Assembly: GCA_964291215.2 (NCBI GenBank)
Contig: OZ219791.1
Span: 2,048,001-2,112,000, forward strand
Reading direction: 5' to 3'
DNA length: 64,000 nt
Source: Alphaproteobacteria bacterium
GTDB lineage: Bacteria; Pseudomonadota; Alphaproteobacteria; MPNO01; UBA830
Shown: one piece after another, positions 39,558 through 51,001 of the stretch
Layout: every line of letters begins with the position of its first letter
How positions within the stretch are numbered: position 1 is the first letter of the stretch
The notes under the pieces: model-generated
The model's database searches: none
Seen by the model: the letters and a program-made list of their open reading frames with translations, nothing else
What the model was told of the DNA's origin: nothing
Position numbers and translations under genes: made by a program

Positions 39558-42283
39558 TTATATCAACTCCGCACTTTGCGTCAGCGGCCGGAAGAAGCCG
39601 GCGATCCGGCGCAGCGCCGCCATCACCGTCTTGCGACGCCCGTGATGGGAGGTCACCGTCAGCCGGGTCTGGCCGGCGTGGTGGGTCTGGCGGGCAACCC
39701 CGTGCAGGAGCAGCGGCCGGCTGGTGATCGCCTCGCGGTGATGGTCGGGGTCGGCGAGGTGCACGAACAGGCTCCACCAGTTGTAGATGAGCGCGATCAG
39801 CCGGGCCATGTGCCGGCAGCGCGTCAGGTCCCGGGTGGTAAAACCGCCCCACTGGTTCTTCAACTCGTCGAAGCCGTTCTCCGCGTCGGCCCGGTCGCGG
39901 TAGAGCTGGGCCAGCGAGCGTATCTCCAGATCCAGCGAGGTCGCCAGCACCGCGAACTCCCATACCCCGGTGCCGGGCTGCGCCTCGGTCCAGAACAGCT
40001 CGCCCTGGGCCTTGTCGCCACGCGTCAGCGCCAGCGTCGCAGGAAGCCGCCGGCGCAGCACCACAACCCGGCGCGTTCGGCTCCAGCCCTGCAGACGCAG
40101 ATCGGCCCCGACCAGCCCTGGCCCGCATCCTCCCAGCCGTCCCGCGCCATCAGCCGCTCGGCAAGCCGGCGCGCCCCCTTCGTCAGGCGCAGCTTGAACA
40201 GATAGTCCAGACCCGCAGCCTCGCACGACGCCATGTTGGCCTCGCTGCCCCAGTCCTTGTCGCCCCGCACCAGACGCGGCCAGCGATCCCGATTACGCAA
40301 CCTGATGTCTGGAAATTGTCGTGAAGCTCTCAGTCATCGAGCTGTTCCCATTTGATCTTGGTTTCGGTTTCCCATTTTTCGTCGATGAGGACCGCGGTTG
40401 AGAGGCGCTCCAACGAGGCGAGGTTCGGAAAGACCCTGGCTTTGGAGGTGCGCCGCTTGAGATCTTGCTGGATCGGTCGCTCGATGCCGTTCGAGGTTCG
40501 CATACGCTTGTGGTGAGCATCGGGCAAGGTGAAGACAGCGAGCCCCGCATTGTTTTCCAGCCAGGAAGCCTGGATGCTTGTCGCGATAGCTGGCCACGAG
40601 GGCGCCCAGTTCAGCCTCGGCGGTTTGGAGTGAGGACGCATGGCTCCGAGCTGTTTTCCAATACGTTTCCTGATGTCGTTGTTCGGTGCACGGCGTTTTG
40701 TGCCAGGTGGAACTGGCAGCGCTGCCACGTCGCCGCGCCCAGCACCGTGCCGCTTTCAGCCCGGCATGGTCATCCGAGACGATGAAGGTCGTACCATGCA
40801 GGGCTAGCAAGCTTTCCAGGAAGGCTCTCCAATGGACCTCGGCCTCGGAGAGCGCCACAGAGAGCCCCAGAACGTGCCTGCAGCCCCTATTCCGATGGCC
40901 GAGAGCACTGCGACATCGCGCACAACGCCGTCATGGCGGGCTTTTTCGTAGCGCGCATCCAGGTATTCCATCAGGGGCCGGTTGCGCGGCGAGTTCTTCA
41001 TCGAGCAACCTGGTGGCCCGGCTGACCTGAGAAGAGGACAGGCTCCCGAACTCGCGCATTACATCCTGCCGCGTGGAAACACCCTTGATGTACATCTCGG
41101 CTACGGCGCGAGAAGATCGCTGGCCTCGTTCAAGCGACTGGGGACGGGTCGTCCCCGTGACCGTTTGGCACCTGAACGGTAACAGTGGGGGTGTCGATCC
41201 GCTTGTAGTCGTTGGCCCTGTCGCTCCGGTGGCCTGCTTTCAAGTACTGCTCGCGCTCGATTTGCATCGCAAGCTCGAAGAGCTGACCAAAGACCCGCCC
41301 CAGATCCGTTGCTCCGTTTGCGATCAGATGTTCCAAAACAGTCCCGATCGTCGTAGTGTGTCGCAGGTCCATTCGCTTCCTCCATGAAGGTTTTACAACT
41401 CCATGGGATAGCACGATGGCGCCGCGTTTCACTGGGGGGGCTAGCCCCCCAGTGAAACGCCTCAAAGCGCAAACCTCAGACAAATTTCCAGACATCAAGT
41501 TACAGTACCGCGATCCCCCGCCCGAGACGGTCGAGCAACGCCCACAAGGACGGCGCCGCGCGCCTCGAATGGTGATGGTTGCCCGGCGCTACCTCGACAT
41601 CAAGAACAAGCCGCGTGCCCGCCATCACAAACGCATGGCAGGCATGCGAGGGGCGGCCCGGCTTCTTGGGGTTGTAGCTCACAACCGCCCCCTCCTGACG
41701 ACCGTAAAGCGGCTTGATCGTCGTGTCGCAGTCCAGAACCCACGGCTCCCTCAGCAGCGGACGGACCACCTCGTCCAGATGGCCCTGAAGCCACGATGTG
41801 CCGGCCTCCGCACCGATCCGCTCCAGACCGCGCCGCACCGAAATCCTCGCTCGCAACCTTGTCCATTCCCAACAGCGCAGGGTTCACTCCGTCGCCGCGC
41901 AGCGACGTGATGTGCGCATACCGCGATTGCCCCGCCAGAACCGACAGAAGAACCGTCCCCAGAACGTCCCGCTTCGACGGCGCGTTCGGGCTCGTGTAGT
42001 GCAGCGGGCAGTCCGCAACCAAAGCGTCAAAGCGACCGCTCACCTTCAGATACTCCGCGAAAAACGCCAGATGCCCCAGCGGCGTCACCGCCGCATCAGG
42101 GTCCCATTCCACATGAACCGCGCCGCCGAAGGGTCCACCTTCACGAACGCTCGGGTGACATCCCGCACAGCGCCAGGATAGTCACCCAAAGGGTGAGCCT
42201 CTTCGGCCCCTGAAAAGCCGCTCATAACCCCAGACTACAAGGAATTCGGCAAGGCCCCGCCATCCTCAACTGCCGGATTTAGG
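39558..42283 (-). mobile_element. IS1380-family element interrupted by IS256
   Basis: End CCTAAATCCGGCAGTT; EWDPDAAVTPLG, YTSPNAPSKRDVLG, LDCDTTIKPLYG, RADAENGFDELKNQW. Confidence 0.85.
40291..41509 (-). mobile_element. IS256-family element with 8-bp TSD, degenerate
   Basis: TIRs GATTACGCAACCTGATGTCTGGAAATT and AATTTCCAGACATCAAGTTACAGTACC; GCGATCCC duplicated; LDARYEK, IVSDDHAGLKAA, RTSNGIER. Confidence 0.9.
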
Positions 42284-42854
42284 ATGAACCCCGAGGCAGC
42301 GGAAAACTACGCCAGCAACCGGCTCACCATTACGCGCCAGATCACCTTCACCTCGGCCCTGAAGGGAGCCGACGGCAAGAACCGCCGCTGCGTCATCGAC
42401 GTGACGCTGGCCGTCAACGGCATCCTGGTGGTGACCGCCGAACTCAAGAACCTGCTGACCAAACAGCGTGCCGCCGATGCGATTCGCCAATACCGGAATG
42501 ATCACGACGGGCGCGATCTACTCTTCGCTTTCAAGAAACGTGCGCTGATTCACTTTGCCGTGGACCCGGACGAAGCGTGGATGACAACCCGGCTGGAAGG
42601 CAAGGAGACCCGTTTCCTGTCCTTCAACCGGGGGAACGACCACGGAGCGGACAACCCGCCAGTCGAAGGCGACTGGAAGACCCATTACCTGTGGGACGAA
42701 GTACTGCAGGCCGGCAACCTGCTGGAAATCCTGCAACGCTTCATGCACTTGGAAGTGAAGAAAACGCAGGTCAAGACCGACAAGGGCGCGCGCACCGTGC
42801 GATAGGAGACGATGACCTTTCCGCGCTATCACCAACTCGACGCGGTGCAGAAAC
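42284..42854 (+). pseudogene. hsdR: type I restriction enzyme HsdR internal fragment
   Basis: IDVTLAVNG...[35 protein letters not shown]; cut by IS1380 and IS630. Confidence 0.85.
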
Positions 42855-43559
42855 TTGTCGCACACGACGATCCGGCGCATCTGGGGCGCGTTCGGCCTGC
42901 AGCCGCACCGCTGCAAGACCTTCAAGCTCTCCAGCGACCCGCACTTCGTGGACAAGGTACGGGACATCGTCGGGCTCTATCTGTCGCCGCCGGACCGCGC
43001 GCTGGTGCTGTGTGTCGACGAGAAAAGCCAGGCCCTCGACCGCACCCAGCCGATGCTGCCGGCTGAGCGGCGCACCCACGATTGCAAACGCAACGGCACC
43101 ACCTCGCTGTTTGCCGCGCTCGCCACCGGCGCGGTCATCGGCAAGTGCTATCGCCGCCACCGGGCCAGGTAGTTCCTCGACTTCCTCAAGCAGATCGACC
43201 GCTCCGTCCTCGAGGATCCATATCGTCATGGACAACTATGCCACCCACAAAACCGCGGCGGTCAAAGCCTGGCTGGCCCGGCAACCGTACTGGCACGTCC
43301 ACTTCATGCCGACACCCGACCCCTGGCTCAACCAGGTCGAGCGCTGGTTCGCCGAGTTGACCCGCAAGCAGTTGCAGCGGGGCGTCCAACGCTCGACCCT
43401 GCAACTCGAAACCGACATCCGGGCCTTCATCGAAACCCACAACGAAAATCCCAAGCCCTTCAAGTGGACCAGATCAGCCGACGAAATCCTCGCCGCCGTC
43501 AAGCACTTCTGTTTCCACGTCGGACAAAATTTATGCCACGAACTTTAGATTCAGGTGAC
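42855..43559 (+). mobile_element. IS630-family element, 5' truncated and degenerate
   Basis: [51 protein letters not shown]; end GATTCAGGTGAC followed by TA. Confidence 0.88.
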
Positions 43560-43734
43560 TAGGACTGCAGGGTCGGTAGATCCGGATTGTCGTTCTTTTA
43601 CTGGCTGTCGAGCTTGTTGCGCAGCGGTGCCCAACTTCGTCGGCGCGCTTCTTCCACGGCCTGGACCAGCGCCTCGGGCGGCGCACGGGCTGCGTGGAAG
43701 CGCTTCAGGTAGTGCGCCGGGCGGTAGATGTAGA

Positions 43735-44412
43735 GCGGCCTCACACTCGTCCAGCCGGGCAAGCAGGTCGTGCTGCGCTGGAAGGCGATCAAGGCCGGCC
43801 CCTTCATCTACCACTGCGCGCCGGGCGGAATCATGATTCCCTACCATGCGCATGAACGGCGCGGTCATGGTGCTGCCGAGGGGTGGGCTGACGGACCGGC
43901 ATGACAATCCCGTCCACTAAGACAAGGTCTATTATGTCGGCGAGCAGGACTTCTACGTGCCGCGGAACGCCGAAGGCGATTATATACAGCACGAGTCTCA
44001 CAGCGACGCGATGGCCGACATGCTGGACGTGACGCTCACCCATGTCGTGATGAACGGCAAGGTCGGCGATCTCACCGGCGACAATGCGCTGACGGCCACG
44101 GTAGGCCAATCGGTACTGTTCGTCCACTCCCAGGCCAACCGCGATTCGAGGCCGCATCTCATCGGCGACCATGTCTGGAAGGAGGGCTCGTTCATCGATC
44201 CGCCGATGGAAGGCCTCGAGACCTGGTTCATCCGGGGCGGCTCGGCAGGCGCCGCACTCTACACCTTCCGGCAGCCGGGGGTGTATGTTTACCTCTCGCA
44301 CAACCTCATCGAGGCCGTGCAGCTGGGGGCGCTCGTCCATGTCGTGGTCGATGGCGACTGGGACGACGACCTGATGGCGCAGGTCCAGGCCCCCGGACTG
44401 ATTCTGGCATAG
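43735..44412 (+). pseudogene. nirK: copper nitrite reductase C-terminal remnant
   Basis: FIYHCAPGG...[52 protein letters not shown]; in-frame stop and frameshift. Confidence 0.85.
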
Positions 44413-44446
44413 GCGGGTCTGATGCGTCCTCCGCACTCACAGCGCT

Positions 44447-45579
44447 TCACCCTCGGCGAAGGCTCGAGTCGGCGACGGCAAAGTGGTTGTCCCAGCGGCG
44501 AGACACCGGAAAACCGGTCGGGAACGGACGGAACTTGCGTGCGTGCGCGTCCAGCAGGAACACTCCGCCCTGCCCGCTGCTCACGAGGAACGCCCCGGCT
44601 CTTGTCGCCGGCGCCAGGCCGCAGCCGTCGGCCAGCCGGGCCGAATAGAGGAATCCGCCGTCAACGCCGTCCCAGACGGTCACGATATGGCCGCGCGGGG
44701 CGGAGACGGCGAAGGTGCGGCCCGCCCTGTCGAAACAGACATCGCCGCAATACTGCCGCATGGCGCGGAGGACCGAAGGCGGCGCCTCCAGCGGTCGGAG
44801 CGGGCCCCCGGCCCGGCAAAGCGCGACGAGCGGCACGCGGTCCCCTCTCGGCCCTTCATATTGCATTGCGACCGCAACCCGGCCTTCCCTGCCGACAGAC
44901 AGATGGCGGATGCTCAACTGGCGAAGACCGGCCCCGAGACGCTGCTTTCGCAGCAACTCGCCCGTCTTGCGGTCGATGAAGCAGAGCGACGGCTCCATCG
45001 CCGGCAGATTGAGCTTCGCCCTCGGATAGTCGGGATGGGTGTGGATACCGCCATTGGCGACAACCAGCGTCCGTCCGTCCGCCAGCAGTCGGATGTCATG
45101 GGGCCCCAGGCCGCCGGAAGGGAGTTCGCCCAGCCGCCGGAAGCCGCTCCGGGCGCCATATATGCCGACGACGCCGCGACCCGCATCGAAGTCGTTCTCG
45201 GTGACGTATAACAGCCGCCCGGAAGGGTCGAAGATACCGTGGCCCTGGAAGCGCCGGTCCTGCGGGGGCGCGAACAGGCGGGACACCGCACCTCGGTCGA
45301 TATCCAGAACCAGTGCGAATTCCCCCGGACGGCGGGCGAAATGCACCGCCAGACGGCCGTCCGGGCGCACGGCGAAGGCGTGCCCGCGGGCCGGCAGCTT
45401 GGAGTCCAGCAGCATGTCTCCGGCTTGCGAAAAGCCGCCGACCCGATACCCACCGGGCGCCACCGCGCCGGCGGAGAGGTAGCAGCGTTCCATCCGTGCC
45501 GCGCGGGCGCCACCCGGCCAGAAGCCGCCCCCAGGTTGCCGGCGAGCAACCGGAGCGCGCAGCGGCGGTCAATCGCCAT
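44447..45579 (-). CDS. DUF1513 family beta-propeller protein; twin-arginine-like leader out of frame with the body (ORF 44447-45493)
   Basis: RGHA, FARRPG, FQGHG, YVTEND, GPHD, VANGGIHTHP, LSIRHL, WDNH. Confidence 0.8.
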
Positions 45580-46660
45580 CGAGCGCGTTGAAGCCGATCG
45601 GCAGGCCGAGGGCCTTGGCCAGGCGGTTCCGCACGATCTGCCGGAGCGCCTGCACCTGGATCCGCAGCTTGTCCACCTTCTTGCGCTGCGCCGGGTCGGC
45701 CGCGGCGGCCTCCAGCGGCCCGTCGATCGACTTCGCCGTCGCCACGGTCGCGCGGAACCCCTTGTGAAGCAGCCTCTCCAGCTTGCGCCCGGAATTCGGG
45801 ATGAGTGCAGCGATACCCGGCTCGCCGCCACCGCCATACAGGTCCTGCAGCGCCTCGAGGTTCAGGACGACGTTTCGGAGCGACCGGCCGCTCAGGCGCG
45901 ACTCCGCCAGATGCTCGCGGACCTTATCCGCGCCCTTGCCGATGACGGGTGCGACTTTCAGATCGACGATGCGCTGCAGCCCGTCATGGAGGCTCTTGAG
46001 GAAGGCCCGCGACGCTTCACCGTGGCTCTCGAAATACGAGTTCTCGGGGTTGGTGAAGAGCGCGATGAACGGGCGTTCGCCCGTCCACCAGTCCCTGTCC
46101 ATCCCCTCCGCCATGTCCCGCATGTTGCCTGCAATGGCCTGGAGCAGGCGGCATCCTTCCGCCGACCCGCCCGGCCGGATTTTGGAGGACTCCGGACCCA
46201 AAAGCAGCGCTTCGGCCGCCATCAGGCCCTGGCCGGCCACGCTCCCCCTGCTGACGCGGGCTGGCGAGACGGTCTCCTCCGTCAGCAGCCGCGCGACAGC
46301 CTTGTCCACCTTCCCGCGCGCATCGGGCCAGAAATGGAACCGGTGGATGCGCATGAACAACTCAGCCGGACCGAACCGCAGATGCTCGACGGCCATCCAG
46401 GCGTCCATAAGGTCGTGGAACGCGGTTTCGGCCCGGGCAAAGGTCCCGGCTCCCGGCTTGGCGCAAAGTGCCCCGGCGGCGGCCTTGAAGTCCCTGGCCG
46501 CGGCCGCCAGCCGCACGTAACGGGGCCGCACATGGTTTTCAGCCAGCGCGGCATTGACCCGCTCGAAGGCCTCGGGTGGCGGCCTGTCGCCGGCGGCGGC
46601 AGGCACGCCAAATGCGAGAATCGCCAGAACCAGCGCCGGCAGAGCGATCACAGGCGGCAT
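45569..46660 (-). CDS. imelysin family protein
   Basis: FGPA, FWPDARG, VAGQGLMAAEALL, AESRLSG, C-terminal GFNALDGD. Confidence 0.9.
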   Translation of the reverse strand: MPPVIALPALVLAILAFGVPAAAGDRPPPEAFERVNAALAENHVRPRYVRLAAAARDFKAAAGALCAKPGAGTFARAETAFHDLMDAWMAVEHLRFGPAELFMRIHRFHFWPDARGKVDKAVARLLTEETVSPARVSRGSVAGQGLMAAEALLLGPESSKIRPGGSAEGCRLLQAIAGNMRDMAEGMDRDWWTGERPFIALFTNPENSYFESHGEASRAFLKSLHDGLQRIVDLKVAPVIGKGADKVREHLAESRLSGRSLRNVVLNLEALQDLYGGGGEPGIAALIPNSGRKLERLLHKGFRATVATAKSIDGPLEAAAADPAQRKKVDKLRIQVQALRQIVRNRLAKALGLPIGFNALDGD

Positions 46661-46683
46661 GGCGCACCTTCGTTTCCGTTACG

Positions 46684-48141
46684 TCAGAGCGAACGTAGAA
46701 ACGCGAGCAGCGCGTCCCGCTCTTCTTCGGTCATGTCTGCAACGCGCTGCTTCGCGGCCTCCGCCTCACCCCCGTGCCAGAGCACGGCCTCAAGGAGGCC
46801 GCGCGCGCGCCCGTCATGCAGGAAGAAGCTGTGGCCGTTCACGACTTCGGTAAGCCCGATGCCCCAGAGCGGCGCAGTGCGCCATTCGCGGCCCGTCGCT
46901 TCGCCTTCGGGCCGGTCGTCCGCCAGTCCCGGCCCCATGTCGTGCAGGAGCATGTCGGTATAGGGCCAGATCAGCTGGAAGGATTGCTCCGCTCCGATGG
47001 AATCACGGCGCGTCACGAATTTGGGTGTGTGGCAGGCCGTGCAGCCGGAGTCGTAGAACAGGCGCTTGCCCCGAAGCACCTGCGGGTCGTCCAGGTCGCG
47101 CCGGGCCGGCACGGCGAGGTTCCGGGAATAGAACATCAGCAGGTCGAACAGGGCATCCCCCGCCTCGACGCCCGGAACATCCTTGTCGCCGTGAGGAGCG
47201 TTGCGGCAGGCTTCCTGCCTCTGCGTACAATCGCCCCAGGGAACCGGATAGAGCGGCGTCGAGATACCAATGTCGCCGCGAAACGCCGCCGCGGCCTGCT
47301 GGACGAGCGTGGGCTGCCCGGCCTTCCAGCCGAACCGGCCCAGCATGAGTCTGTCGTGCTCGTCGCTCCACACTCGGTTCGGCCGCCCCGAAACACCGTC
47401 GCCGTCCCGGTCGTCCGGGTCCGCGCGGGCAAGGATGGCGTCTTCCGGTACCGCCTCCAGCAGGCCGACGCCGATCATCGGCGGGGCGGTGCGCGGAGAT
47501 ATCCGCAAATCCGGCGCGAGCGGGCCGTAGCGCAAGCCGGTCAGGCCGTATCGGGGCCGGCGCAGCGACACCGAGCCGCCATCGGCCAGTCTCACCGGGA
47601 TTTCCTCCCAGGCGGTCGTCATCCTGCCCTCGGCGGGCACGCCCTGCACGGAGTGGTTCTGGAGCTGGCCTCCATAGGACGGGTCCGGTTCCCTGCCGTC
47701 GGGTCCCGTGGACAGACGGAGCACCATCGATACCGCCCGATCGCCGGGCACGGGCGGACGACCACGTCCGTCCTTGACGTGGCAGCTCTGGCAGGAGCGC
47801 GCGTTGAACAACGGACCCAGCCCGTCGGACGACCGGGTCGAGCTCGGAGACGACACCCAGATCTTCACGAAGACGCCGTCGCCGACCTCGAAATCGAGCT
47901 TGCGCTCGAAGGACATATTCGCCGACGGGTGCGAAAAAGCGTCACGGTTCGGCGTCGCAAAGGAAGTCGCCGCGCCGCCGGGCCGCCGCTCATAGCGCTC
48001 GGGGGCGGTGAAATCGGTCGCAGGTCGTGTCACAGCCTCGATGCGCGCCCGCTCCGCGTCTCCACCGGACGATACCCCGGCGATTCCCGCGAACGGCAGG
48101 AGGATCGCAGCCGTCGCAACGGTATGACTGAACCTGTTCAT
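46684..48141 (-). CDS. di-heme oxidoreductase (DUF1111) family protein
   Basis: DGLGPLFNARSCQSCH, GRFGWKA, GCTACHTP, WRTAPLWG, LHDGRAR. Confidence 0.92.
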   Translation of the reverse strand: MNRFSHTVATAAILLPFAGIAGVSSGGDAERARIEAVTRPATDFTAPERYERRPGGAATSFATPNRDAFSHPSANMSFERKLDFEVGDGVFVKIWVSSPSSTRSSDGLGPLFNARSCQSCHVKDGRGRPPVPGDRAVSMVLRLSTGPDGREPDPSYGGQLQNHSVQGVPAEGRMTTAWEEIPVRLADGGSVSLRRPRYGLTGLRYGPLAPDLRISPRTAPPMIGVGLLEAVPEDAILARADPDDRDGDGVSGRPNRVWSDEHDRLMLGRFGWKAGQPTLVQQAAAAFRGDIGISTPLYPVPWGDCTQRQEACRNAPHGDKDVPGVEAGDALFDLLMFYSRNLAVPARRDLDDPQVLRGKRLFYDSGCTACHTPKFVTRRDSIGAEQSFQLIWPYTDMLLHDMGPGLADDRPEGEATGREWRTAPLWGIGLTEVVNGHSFFLHDGRARGLLEAVLWHGGEAEAAKQRVADMTEEERDALLAFLRSL

Positions 48142-48176
48142 CAAAAAATTTCCACACGGGGGTTGACAGTTTTAAT

Positions 48177-48195
48177 GATAATGATAATCATTAGC
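48177..48195. promoter_or_regulatory. Fur box in a divergent promoter
   Basis: GATAATGATAATCATTAGC matches 18/19 of the canonical box GATAATGATAATCATTATC; TTGACA at 48163-48168. Confidence 0.88.
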
Positions 48196-48225
48196 ACTTG
48201 CAACTAACGAGATTGGAGGGAGTTC

Positions 48226-49524
48226 ATGAAAAAGCGCGGAATGCTGGCTGCAACGTTCGGGGCCTGCCTTCTGGGATCGAGCCTGATCGCCGCGGTCGGC
48301 GGGCAAAGCAAGGCCGCGGCGGATGCCGGATCGCCCGAGGGCAAGGTGCTCGCGCACTATGCGGCGCTGGCGCATGCCGTCTATGAGGATTCGCTCATTA
48401 CCGCTCAGGCACTTCAGGCAGCGGTAGACAAGCTGATCGCCGCCCCGTCCGAAGACACGCTCGCCGCGGCGCGTGACGCCTGGCTCGTTTCCCGCGTGCC
48501 TTATCAGCAGAGCGAGGTCTATCGCTTCGGCAACGCCGTGGTGGACGACTGGGAAGGCAAGGTCAACGCCTGGCCGCTCGACGAAGGCCTGATCGACTAT
48601 GTCGATGCCGGCTACGGCGACTCGTCCGAGGAGAACCCCGGCTACACAGCGAATGTCGTTGCCAATGCGATGTTCACTTTCTCGGGCAAGCAAATCGACG
48701 CCTCTTTCATCGACGCCGCGTTGCTGGCCGACAGGCTTCATGAACTCGGCGGCGTCGAGGCGAATGTTGCGACCGGCTACCACGCCATCGAGTTCCTTCT
48801 CTGGGGCCAGGACCTGAACGGCACCGGGCCGGGCGCGCGGCCGGCGACGGATTTCGACACATCCGACTGCACCGGAGGCAATTGCGACCGCCGCGCCGCC
48901 TATCTCAAGGCTGCCGCCGACCTGCTGGTGCACGACCTCGCCTGGATGACGGCGCAGTGGACGGCCTACGGGCCCGCCACCAAGGCGCTTGTCGGCGGCG
49001 ACGCCGCAGAGGGTCTGGCGACCATCGTCACCGGCATGGGCAGCCTCTCCTACGGCGAGCTCGCCGGCGAGCGCATGAAGCTCGGCCTGTTGCTGCACGA
49101 TCCGGAAGAGGAGCATGACTGCTTCAGCGACAACACGCATAACTCGCATTACTACAACGCGCTGGGCATCCGGAACATCTATCTCGGCGAATACAGGCGG
49201 ATCGACAGCAGCGTGATGTCGGGCCCCGGCCTGTCCTCGCTAGTCGCGGCGGTTTCGCCCGAAGCCGACATGGCGCTGCGCGATCGTCTCGACGCCACGA
49301 TGGCGGCGATGGCCGAGCTGGTGAAGTCAGCCGAGAGCGGCGAGGCCTACGACCAGATGATCGGCGAGGACAATGCGGCCGGCAACAAACGGGTGCAGGC
49401 CGCCATAGACGGGCTCACCGCGCAGACCGACGCGATCACGAAAGCCGCATCGGCGCTCGGGCTCGCAAGCATTGAGTTCGAGGGTTCCGACAGTCTCGAC
49501 GACCCGGAGGCGGTCTTCCAGTGA
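48226..49524 (+). CDS. imelysin / iron-regulated protein A
   Basis: VNAWPLDEGLIDYV, ATGYHAIEFLLWGQD, EEEHDCFSDNTH. Confidence 0.92.
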   Translation: MKKRGMLAATFGACLLGSSLIAAVGGQSKAAADAGSPEGKVLAHYAALAHAVYEDSLITAQALQAAVDKLIAAPSEDTLAAARDAWLVSRVPYQQSEVYRFGNAVVDDWEGKVNAWPLDEGLIDYVDAGYGDSSEENPGYTANVVANAMFTFSGKQIDASFIDAALLADRLHELGGVEANVATGYHAIEFLLWGQDLNGTGPGARPATDFDTSDCTGGNCDRRAAYLKAAADLLVHDLAWMTAQWTAYGPATKALVGGDAAEGLATIVTGMGSLSYGELAGERMKLGLLLHDPEEEHDCFSDNTHNSHYYNALGIRNIYLGEYRRIDSSVMSGPGLSSLVAAVSPEADMALRDRLDATMAAMAELVKSAESGEAYDQMIGEDNAAGNKRVQAAIDGLTAQTDAITKAASALGLASIEFEGSDSLDDPEAVFQ

Positions 49525-49753
49525 TTCTCCGGCAGGGAAACGGCAGGGAAGACGCTCCTCCAGCCCACCTTGCCGCTGCATGGGCGGCGCAACCGCGCAG
49601 CGCCGCCCATGCACTTTCTATCTCAGAAGCGGCGCGCCTGTCGCCCGCATATCGGACCGTCGAACAGGAAAAGGGCAAAATCCGACCCTTGGCAGGGATA
49701 TTGCTCGTTATCCGAGTGTATCCGAAGAAAACGTGATGAAGGAGATACAACGC

Positions 49754-51001
49754 ATGAGAATGCACAGAATATTGGCAGCGGCGGCGCTCGGCACCTGTTT
49801 GCTGTCCGGCAGCGCTTGGGCCCAGAACGCGACCGACGCCCGCCTCGAAACGCTTGAAAAGCGCATCTACCAGCTTGAGGAGCGCCTCGCCGAACGCGAC
49901 GCGGCCATGATGGAGAAGGAGCAGGCGCTCGCGAAGCTGAAGGCAAAGGTGGCGGTGCAGGAGCAGACCGCAGCCAACATCCACACTCAGGCGGAGAAAG
50001 CAGTCGCCGACGGCGGCATAGGCGGTGCCATAGAGGTCGAGATCGTCCAGGACAGTCCTTATGAGGGTAAGTCCACATCTGCCAGCGAAACGGCTACTGT
50101 CGATGTCGCCATCGAGGCTGAAATCAGCGACGCCGCCAGCGCCGAAGTCGTCCTGACGATGGGCGACGAAAGCGAGATCGAGGTCGATACCGCGGCCTTC
50201 ACGATCGGCGTGGGGGACACGCCCGTTTCGTTCACCGCCGGCCTGTTCACCCTGCCCTTTGCCGACTTCGGCACGGAACTCATCTCCGACCCGATGGGGC
50301 TCGAAATGGGCGAGGCCGGCGAGAGCGCGCTGCAGCTCTCCTTCGAGTCTGAAGCGGGCCTCGCCGCTTCGGCTTACGTCTTCAACGGCGATGTCGATTA
50401 CAAGGAAAAGGACCGTATCGGCGATTTCGGCGTCCAGCTGGACTATGGGATCGAGCTCGGCGGCATAGCCTTCAACGCCGGCGTCGGCTGGATCAACGAT
50501 GTCGCCGAGGCGAACGCGCTGGAAGGGACGACGGAGGACGGCAAGAAAGCGGCCGGCCTCGCGATTTCCGGCGGCCTGGGCTTCGGCCCCGTCTCTTTCA
50601 CCGGCCACTACATGACCGTGCGCGACAGGCTCAACGGGCTCGAATGGAACGTCAAGCCGGATGCGACGGAATCGGGCAGTGGGGAGGCAGCCCAGCCTTC
50701 GGCCTATGGCGTAGAAGCGGCTTACGCCTTGGGGATGGGCGACCGGGAAGTCGTATTCGCCGCCGGCTGGCAGCGTACCCGAGAAGCGATCGGCCTGGAA
50801 ATGCCCGAGAGCCGCATCCTGTTCGGTTTCTCCACCGAACTCGTCGAGGGCGTCGGCGTCGCGCTCGAATATGCTCGCCACAACGATTACGGTGCGAGCG
50901 CCTGCACAGGCAGGGAAGACGATGAGGGAGGATATGCTCCGGCCTGCGGCACCGGCAAGAGCGGCAGCACCGTCACCCTGCAGCTCGCCGCCGAGTTCTA
51001 G
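49754..51001 (+). CDS. LbtU-like outer-membrane porin
   Basis: Signal peptide, coiled-coil, then beta-barrel (GAIEVE, LISDPMGLEMGE) ending in QLAAEF; lies in the iron module. Confidence 0.75.
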   Translation: MRMHRILAAAALGTCLLSGSAWAQNATDARLETLEKRIYQLEERLAERDAAMMEKEQALAKLKAKVAVQEQTAANIHTQAEKAVADGGIGGAIEVEIVQDSPYEGKSTSASETATVDVAIEAEISDAASAEVVLTMGDESEIEVDTAAFTIGVGDTPVSFTAGLFTLPFADFGTELISDPMGLEMGEAGESALQLSFESEAGLAASAYVFNGDVDYKEKDRIGDFGVQLDYGIELGGIAFNAGVGWINDVAEANALEGTTEDGKKAAGLAISGGLGFGPVSFTGHYMTVRDRLNGLEWNVKPDATESGSGEAAQPSAYGVEAAYALGMGDREVVFAAGWQRTREAIGLEMPESRILFGFSTELVEGVGVALEYARHNDYGASACTGREDDEGGYAPACGTGKSGSTVTLQLAAEF

